This document shows, piece by piece, positions 27,203 to 32,153 of a stretch of DNA of 32,153 nucleotides. Under the pieces are notes generated by a model. That model did not search any database. It was not told where the DNA came from and was given only the letters and a program-made list of their open reading frames with translations. Where the stretch lies: the NCBI GenBank assembly GCA_049970495.1, contig JBMFMV010000013.1:1-32153 (forward strand), given 5' to 3'. The translations under genes were made by a program, and so were the position numbers. The stretch's first letter is position 1, and each line of letters opens with the position of its first letter. The DNA comes from a bacterium. GTDB taxonomy: Bacteria > DUMJ01.

Positions 27203-28235
27203 TGAGGCTATAGCAGAAGGTGCTATCCATGCTGGTTGTAAGTACTTCTTCAGTTATCCTATAACTCCTCAGAGTGAAATATTACATTATATGGCTAGAC
27301 GCTTACCAGAGGTTGGTGGGGTATTCTTGCAGGCAGATAGTGAGACATCTGTTATTAATATGGTCTTTGGGGCTTCAGCATGTGGGGTTAGAGTTATGAC
27401 CGCCTCCTCTGGGCCAGGACTTAGTCTAAAGCAAGAGGGGATATCTTACCTATCAGCAGGTGAGTTACCCTGTGTGATAGTAAACGTTATGAGGGGAGGT
27501 CCAGGTTTAGGCGGTGTACAGCCAGCTCAGAGCGACTATTTTCAAGCAACAAGGGGTGGTGGACATGGTGATTATAGAAATATAGTACTTGCTCCGTCTA
27601 ATGTCCAGGAGTGTTTTGACCTTACTAGACTGAGTTTTGAGCTAGCTGATAAGTATAGAATCCCGGTAATGATTCTTATAGATGGTGCATTGGGACAGAT
27701 GATGGAAGATGTAGATATCCCAGAATACAGAGAGCCTATGCTTCCAGAAAAGCCTTGGGCTTTAGGAAAGGGGAAATTTGGTAATCCAAATTACATAACA
27801 ACCATGCACCTTGACCCTGACGAGTTAGAGAGACATAATCTTCATCTTTTGATGATTTATGAAGAGATATCTTTTAATGAACAGAGGTGGAAGAGTTTAT
27901 TTATAGATGATGCAGAAGTAGTACTTGTTGGCTATGGTACTGTGGGAAGGATCCTAGAAGGGGTAACTACTATTGCTAGAGACAAGAGAATAAGGGCAGG
28001 ATGTATCAGACCAATTACATTATGGCCATTTCCATCATATGCGTTTATATCGCTACCAAAATCTGTGAAGTCTATACTTACTGTGGAAATGAGTCTAGGG
28101 CAGATGGTAGAAGATGTAAGACTGGTTGTCAATGGTAAATATCCAGTATATTTCTATGGGAGAGTGGGTATAATACCTACCGCTAATGAGATATTAGACC
28201 AGCTGGAACAGGTTATGCAAGAGGTGAGATTATGA
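27180..28235 (+). CDS. vorB: 2-oxoacid:ferredoxin oxidoreductase alpha subunit (VorB-like)
   Basis: GNEAIAE, YPITPQSE, TASSGPG.SLKQEG, RGGPGLG..QP.QSDY.Q.TRGGGHGDY, VEMS.GQM.EDV. Confidence 0.9.
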   Translation: MKVLMRGNEAIAEGAIHAGCKYFFSYPITPQSEILHYMARRLPEVGGVFLQADSETSVINMVFGASACGVRVMTASSGPGLSLKQEGISYLSAGELPCVIVNVMRGGPGLGGVQPAQSDYFQATRGGGHGDYRNIVLAPSNVQECFDLTRLSFELADKYRIPVMILIDGALGQMMEDVDIPEYREPMLPEKPWALGKGKFGNPNYITTMHLDPDELERHNLHLLMIYEEISFNEQRWKSLFIDDAEVVLVGYGTVGRILEGVTTIARDKRIRAGCIRPITLWPFPSYAFISLPKSVKSILTVEMSLGQMVEDVRLVVNGKYPVYFYGRVGIIPTANEILDQLEQVMQEVRL

Positions 28236-28960
28236 AGGTCTTCAGTTATCCAAAAGCATTGAATGAATTGAAGTTCCACTATTGTCCAGGTTGTACACAT
28301 GGGATAGCCCATAGGATTCTAGCAGAGGTTCTAGAAGAGATGAATTTATTGGATAAGGTTATAGGAGTTGGTTCTGTTGGATGTTCTGCTTACATATATG
28401 AGCATTATAAATTTGATTTTATTCAGGCAGCTCATGGAAGGGCATCGTCTGTTGCTACAGGTATAAAGAGGGTATATCCTGATAGAATAGTATTTGCCTA
28501 TCAGGGTGATGGAGATATGGCAGGTTTAGGTCTAGGAGAGGCTATACATACTGCTGTAAGAGGAGAAAAGGTAACGGTGATATTTATAAATAATGCAGTA
28601 TATGGTATGACTGGTGGACAGATGGCACCTACAACTCTCATATCCCAAAAGACTTCTACTACTCCCAAGGGAAGAGATCCTGAATCTGCAGGATATCCTC
28701 TTAGGCTTTTAGATATAATGGCGGTCTTAGATGGTTGTGCATTTGCTGCTAGGGCTTCTTTGACCTCTCCTAAAAATGTTCTAAAAGCTAAAGAGTATTT
28801 AAAAATGGCATTTCAGTATCAGTTAGATAAAAGGGGATACTCAATAGTAGAATTCCTATCAGCCTGTCCCACTAATTGGGGTTTGGATCCAGTTGGGGCT
28901 TTAAGATATATAGATGAGGTGATGAGTAAATATTTCCCCCCTGGGATTATAAAACAGTGA
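28232..28960 (+). CDS. 2-oxoacid:ferredoxin oxidoreductase beta (ThDP-binding) subunit
   Basis: HYCPGCTHG, VGC, AAHGRA, YQGDGD, NNAVYGMTGGQMAPTT, CPTNWG. Confidence 0.93.
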   Translation: MKVFSYPKALNELKFHYCPGCTHGIAHRILAEVLEEMNLLDKVIGVGSVGCSAYIYEHYKFDFIQAAHGRASSVATGIKRVYPDRIVFAYQGDGDMAGLGLGEAIHTAVRGEKVTVIFINNAVYGMTGGQMAPTTLISQKTSTTPKGRDPESAGYPLRLLDIMAVLDGCAFAARASLTSPKNVLKAKEYLKMAFQYQLDKRGYSIVEFLSACPTNWGLDPVGALRYIDEVMSKYFPPGIIKQ

Positions 28961-28985
28961 GTCCTTTACAAAGAGGACTCGTTTT
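28959..28985 (+). terminator. Terminator-like hairpin after the oxidoreductase genes
   Basis: GAGTCCT/AGGACTC stem (28959-28980) followed by GTTTT. Confidence 0.55.
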
Positions 28986-28993
28986 GATATTAT
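28965..28993 (+). promoter_or_regulatory. Putative sigma70 promoter of secE-nusG-rplKA
   Basis: TTTACA (28965-28970), 17 bp, TG-n-TATTAT (28988-28993). Confidence 0.6.
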
Positions 28994-29038
28994 ATTATTG
29001 GTACTTAGTAGAAATCTATTGCTCTTAAATGAGGAGGA

Positions 29039-29251
29039 ATGATGCAGTTAACTCTGGCAAACAGAATATGGCAGAGAATAAGGCAGTTTTTTAGAGAGAT
29101 TAGATCAGAAATAAGAAAGATTACTTGGCCTACTAAGGAAGAGGTCAAGGTTTTGACTTTAGTTGTAGTTTTATTTGTGTTTATCTTTACAGCATTTATA
29201 GGGATAGTAGACCTTATACTAGCTAGGGTATTTGCCTTTGTAGCTAAATAG
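29039..29251 (+). CDS. secE: Preprotein translocase subunit SecE
   Basis: FFREIRSEIRKITWPT.EE plus a single TM; directly upstream of nusG. Confidence 0.96.
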   Translation: MMQLTLANRIWQRIRQFFREIRSEIRKITWPTKEEVKVLTLVVVLFVFIFTAFIGIVDLILARVFAFVAK

Positions 29252-29258
29252 GTGAATT

Positions 29259-29807
29259 ATGTCTGAGAATAATGTACAGACTAAAAAGGGTAAGTGGTAT
29301 GTAATACATACATTTACTGGATATGAAGAAAAGGTAAAAGCTAACCTGGAGAGGAAGATACGTTCTCTTGGGGCAGAGGATAAAATATTCCAGATCCTAG
29401 TCCCAATAGAGAATGAGATAAAATTAGATGAGTTTCAGAAGAAAGTCATAAAGCGAAAGATCTTCCCAGGTTATCTTCTTATTAACATGGAGATGAATGA
29501 TGACACTTGGATGATAGTGAGGAGTACTCCAGGTGTTACTGGCTTTGTCGGTATAGGAGGAAAACCTACCCCTATACCAGAAGACGAATTGGAGACTATC
29601 CTTAAGAGGATCAAGTGGGAAGATACTCAGTATAGGTCTTCTCTTAGGGTAGGAGACGTAGTTAGAATAAAGTATGGACCTTTTGAGGATTTTGCGGGAA
29701 CAATTGAGGAGATAATTCCTGAGAAAAAGAAAGTAAAGGTGACAGTCTCTATATTTGGTAGAGAGACACCTTTAGAATTAAGGATGGATCAAGTAGAGAA
29801 GGTATAA
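29259..29807 (+). CDS. nusG: Transcription termination/antitermination factor NusG
   Basis: WYVIHT..GYE.KVK, FPGY, TPGVTGF, KOW motif, IFGRETP. Confidence 0.98.
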   Translation: MSENNVQTKKGKWYVIHTFTGYEEKVKANLERKIRSLGAEDKIFQILVPIENEIKLDEFQKKVIKRKIFPGYLLINMEMNDDTWMIVRSTPGVTGFVGIGGKPTPIPEDELETILKRIKWEDTQYRSSLRVGDVVRIKYGPFEDFAGTIEEIIPEKKKVKVTVSIFGRETPLELRMDQVEKV

Positions 29808-29822
29808 GGAGGTAGTATTTGA

Positions 29823-30248
29823 ATGCCTAAGAAGGTAATAGGAATAGTAAAACTTCAGATTCCAGCAGGTAAGGCAACCCCAGCTCCCCCAATAGGTCCT
29901 GCTCTAGGACAGTATGGGGTTAATATAATGGAATTTTGTAAGTCTTATAATGCTCAGACTTCTGGGCAGGTAGGAGAGATTATTCCTGTAGAGATAACGA
30001 TATATGAGGATAGAAGCTTTACATTTGTCCTTAAGACTCCTCCTGCTTCTGAACTGATAAAGAAGGCTTTAGGTATAGAGAAAGGCTCTGGAGAGCCTAA
30101 TAAGAATAAGGTGGGTAGACTTACAACTGCCCAACTTAGAGAGATTGCACAGAAGAAACTACCAGACCTAAATACTGATAGTTTGGAGGCTGCTATGAGA
30201 ATTATAGCAGGTACAGCTAGAAGTATGGGAGTAACTATAGAGGATTAA
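29823..30248 (+). CDS. rplK: 50S ribosomal protein L11
   Basis: [28 protein letters not shown]. Confidence 0.99.
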   Translation: MPKKVIGIVKLQIPAGKATPAPPIGPALGQYGVNIMEFCKSYNAQTSGQVGEIIPVEITIYEDRSFTFVLKTPPASELIKKALGIEKGSGEPNKNKVGRLTTAQLREIAQKKLPDLNTDSLEAAMRIIAGTARSMGVTIED

Positions 30249-30260
30249 GGAGAGATCGAT

Positions 30261-30968
30261 ATGCCAAAGCGGGGTAAGAAATATTTAGAAGCACTTAAAC
30301 TTATAGATAGAAGGAAGAGATACGATTTAGATGAAGCTATTGCTCTTTTAAAGAAGGTAAGTTATGCCAACTTTGATGAATCAGTTGAAGTATCTATAAG
30401 GTTAGGGGTAGATCCAAGACACGCAGAACAGAATGTAAGAGGTACTGTTGTTCTTCCTCATGGGATTGGAAAGGAGCGAAGAGTTCTGGTCTTTGCTAGA
30501 GGGGAAAAGGCTCAGGAGGCTATAGATGCAGGTGCAGATTATGTTGGAGCTGAGGACCTAGTAGCGAAGATTAGTGAAGGATGGACTGATTTCGATGTTG
30601 CTATAGCGACCCCTGATATGATGGGCTTAGTTGGTCGTCTAGGGAAGATTTTAGGTCCTAGGGGACTTATGCCAAACCCCAAGGTTGGAACGGTCACCAT
30701 GGATATAGCTAATACGGTAAAAGAGATGAAGCAGGGTAGAGTAGAGTTTAGAGTTGACAGATTTGGTATAATTCATACTGTTATAGGTAAGAGGTCTTTT
30801 GAAGAGGATAAATTAAAGGAGAACTTTAATGCCTTAATGAATGCAGTACTTAGGGCAAAGCCTGCTGGAGTTAAGGGTCAGTATGTAAGAAGTGTAGCAC
30901 TTTCTACCACTATGAGCCCTGGCATAAAGCTTGATCCTCTTAGGGCTACAAGGGTGAGTGCATTATAA
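30261..30968 (+). CDS. rplA: 50S ribosomal protein L1
   Basis: FDESVE...[27 protein letters not shown]. Confidence 0.99.
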   Translation: MPKRGKKYLEALKLIDRRKRYDLDEAIALLKKVSYANFDESVEVSIRLGVDPRHAEQNVRGTVVLPHGIGKERRVLVFARGEKAQEAIDAGADYVGAEDLVAKISEGWTDFDVAIATPDMMGLVGRLGKILGPRGLMPNPKVGTVTMDIANTVKEMKQGRVEFRVDRFGIIHTVIGKRSFEEDKLKENFNALMNAVLRAKPAGVKGQYVRSVALSTTMSPGIKLDPLRATRVSAL

Positions 30969-31007
30969 TTTAAAATATACAGTTGAATATAGTGCTTTTA
31001 AAATAAT

Positions 31008-31092
31008 GCTTCCTAAGAAAGTAGGTGCCGAAAGGCTTAATATCCTACCGAGGAAGGATAACCCTTCCGGAAGATTAGGAAGGGTTATTTTA
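31008..31092 (+). ncRNA. Ribosomal protein L10 leader with downstream attenuator-like hairpin
   Basis: CCTAAGAAAGTAGGTGCCGAAAGGCTTAATATCCTACCGAGG matches the L10-leader pattern; followed by an 11-bp stem ATAACCCTTCC/GGAAGGGTTAT plus Ts, just before the rplJ RBS. Confidence 0.9.
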
Positions 31093-31106
31093 TAGGAGGA
31101 GGAATT

Positions 31107-31631
31107 ATGGCGTTAAAACAAGAAAAAGCAGTCGTAATAGAGAGTACCTTAGAAAAGCTTGATAAAGCTAAAGCTTTTATAATAGCGGAGAATAGAGGAC
31201 TTGTTATAAAGGATTTCGAAAACTTAAGGAGGAGTATAAAACAGAAGGGCGGGGAAGCTAAGGTCATAAAGAATACATTATTTAATATAGCCCTTAAACA
31301 GAAAGGGATTAGATTTGATGGAAGTAACTCTCTCCTCGAGGGACCTAACATATTCATATTCTCCTACGGGGATGAGATTGAACTTCTAAAAGAAGTAATA
31401 GGCTTTTCTAAGAATAATAATAAGTTTATTCCAAAGGGTATATATTTAGAGGGTCGTGTATACGAAGGTCTTCAGCTTGAGGAATTGAGTAAACTTCCAC
31501 CTAAAGAGGTTCTTATAGCAAGAGTTTTAGGTGGAATAGCAGGTCCACTTATAGGTCTAATTAATGTTTTACAGGCACCAATAAGGGACCTTCTTTATGT
31601 ACTAAATAATATCAAAGAGAAGAAATCTTAA
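31107..31631 (+). CDS. rplJ: 50S ribosomal protein L10
   Basis: RGL.....LR, KVIKNTL, L.GP, LSKLP.KE.L; position after rplA and the L10 leader. Confidence 0.97.
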   Translation: MALKQEKAVVIESTLEKLDKAKAFIIAENRGLVIKDFENLRRSIKQKGGEAKVIKNTLFNIALKQKGIRFDGSNSLLEGPNIFIFSYGDEIELLKEVIGFSKNNNKFIPKGIYLEGRVYEGLQLEELSKLPPKEVLIARVLGGIAGPLIGLINVLQAPIRDLLYVLNNIKEKKS

Positions 31632-31648
31632 GAAGGAGGTAAATTAAA

Positions 31649-32023
31649 GTGACAAAGGAAGAAATTATAGAAGCCATCTCTCAGATGAGTGTATTAGAAT
31701 TGTCAGAGCTTGTTAAGGCTCTAGAGGAGAAATTTGGTGTTCAGGCTGCTGCTCCAGTAGCAATGGCTCCAGTGGCTGCTGCTCCAGTAGCAGAAGAAAA
31801 ACCTCAGGAACAAACAGAATTTGATGTAATACTCACCTCAGCTGGTGACAAGAAGATACAGGTTATAAAGGTTGTAAGAGAGCTAACAGGACTAGGGCTT
31901 AAAGAGGCTAAAGACCTTGTAGACTCTGCTCCTAAGGCTATTAAGGAGAAGATATCTAGAGAAGAAGCTGAACAGATTAAAGCCAAGCTTGAAGAAGCTG
32001 GAGCTATTGTTGAGATAAAGTAG
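31649..32023 (+). CDS. rplL: 50S ribosomal protein L7/L12
   Basis: [43 protein letters not shown]. Confidence 0.99.
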   Translation: MTKEEIIEAISQMSVLELSELVKALEEKFGVQAAAPVAMAPVAAAPVAEEKPQEQTEFDVILTSAGDKKIQVIKVVRELTGLGLKEAKDLVDSAPKAIKEKISREEAEQIKAKLEEAGAIVEIK

Positions 32024-32041
32024 GGGAAACCCTACTTTATC
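32014..32041 (+). other. Perfect 12-bp hairpin with GAAA tetraloop over the rplL stop codon
   Basis: GATAAAGTAGGG-GAAA-CCCTACTTTATC. Confidence 0.8.
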
Positions 32042-32069
32042 CCTAATATTATAGGAGGAGAGGCTAAAT

Positions 32070-32153
32070 TTGAAACAGTACGAGTTGATGTGTATATTAA
32101 ATCCTGACCTTGAAGAATCTAAGATAGAGGAGATTGTTAATAGATTCCAAGAG
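32070..32153 (+). CDS. rpsF: 30S ribosomal protein S6, N-terminal part (runs off the window)
   Basis: TTG start after AGGAGG; MKQYELMCILNPDLEESKIEEIVNRFQE matches the S6 N-terminus (YE..I..PDL.E). Not in the supplied ORF track. Confidence 0.9.
   Translation, partial: MKQYELMCILNPDLEESKIEEIVNRFQE

Noticed and set aside
29808..30260. L1-binding leader before rplK or rplA
   Set aside because: The intergenic gaps are only 15 and 12 nt; no recognisable L1 site.
31743..31792. Short direct repeats GCTGCTGCTCCAGTAGCA in rplL
   Set aside because: They encode the ordinary Ala/Pro-rich L7/L12 hinge.
1..32153. CRISPR arrays, tRNA/rRNA genes, transposases, integrases
   Set aside because: None seen; intergenic regions are short and lack spaced repeats or cloverleaf patterns, and no ORF has DDE or recombinase motifs.

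Overview
AT-rich bacterial chromosome segment; the proteins look like those of an anaerobic, probably thermophilic, saccharolytic lineage such as Dictyoglomota/Thermotogota/Caldisericota (inference). Left arm (minus strand, 1-9820): an orphan family-5 solute-binding protein, two cytoplasmic glycoside hydrolases (GH36/27-like and GH63-like), a two-gene orphan module, then an IclR regulator, a glyoxylate-carboligase-like ThDP enzyme and a frameshifted, apparently deletion-fused sugar permease pseudogene. Back-to-back sigma70 promoters at about 10.2 kb separate this arm from kdgK plus a sugar isomerase/epimerase. 12.2-21.7 kb is one tightly coupled 8-gene envelope operon: hypothetical, NHL-TPR-Yip1, DUF5696-like, Yip1, MacA-like adaptor, degenerate MacB-like permease and two MalF/MalG-type permeases, with no ATPase and no binding protein. 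This is the best candidate for an undescribed system. Right arm is housekeeping: speD-like/speB, nusB, acyP, tlyA, nadK, recN, 2-oxoacid:ferredoxin oxidoreductase delta/alpha/beta, secE-nusG-rplK-rplA-(L10 leader)-rplJ-rplL, followed by rpsF rather than rpoB. No CRISPR array, rRNA, tRNA or transposase was seen. Family calls come from motif recognition by eye, not database searches.
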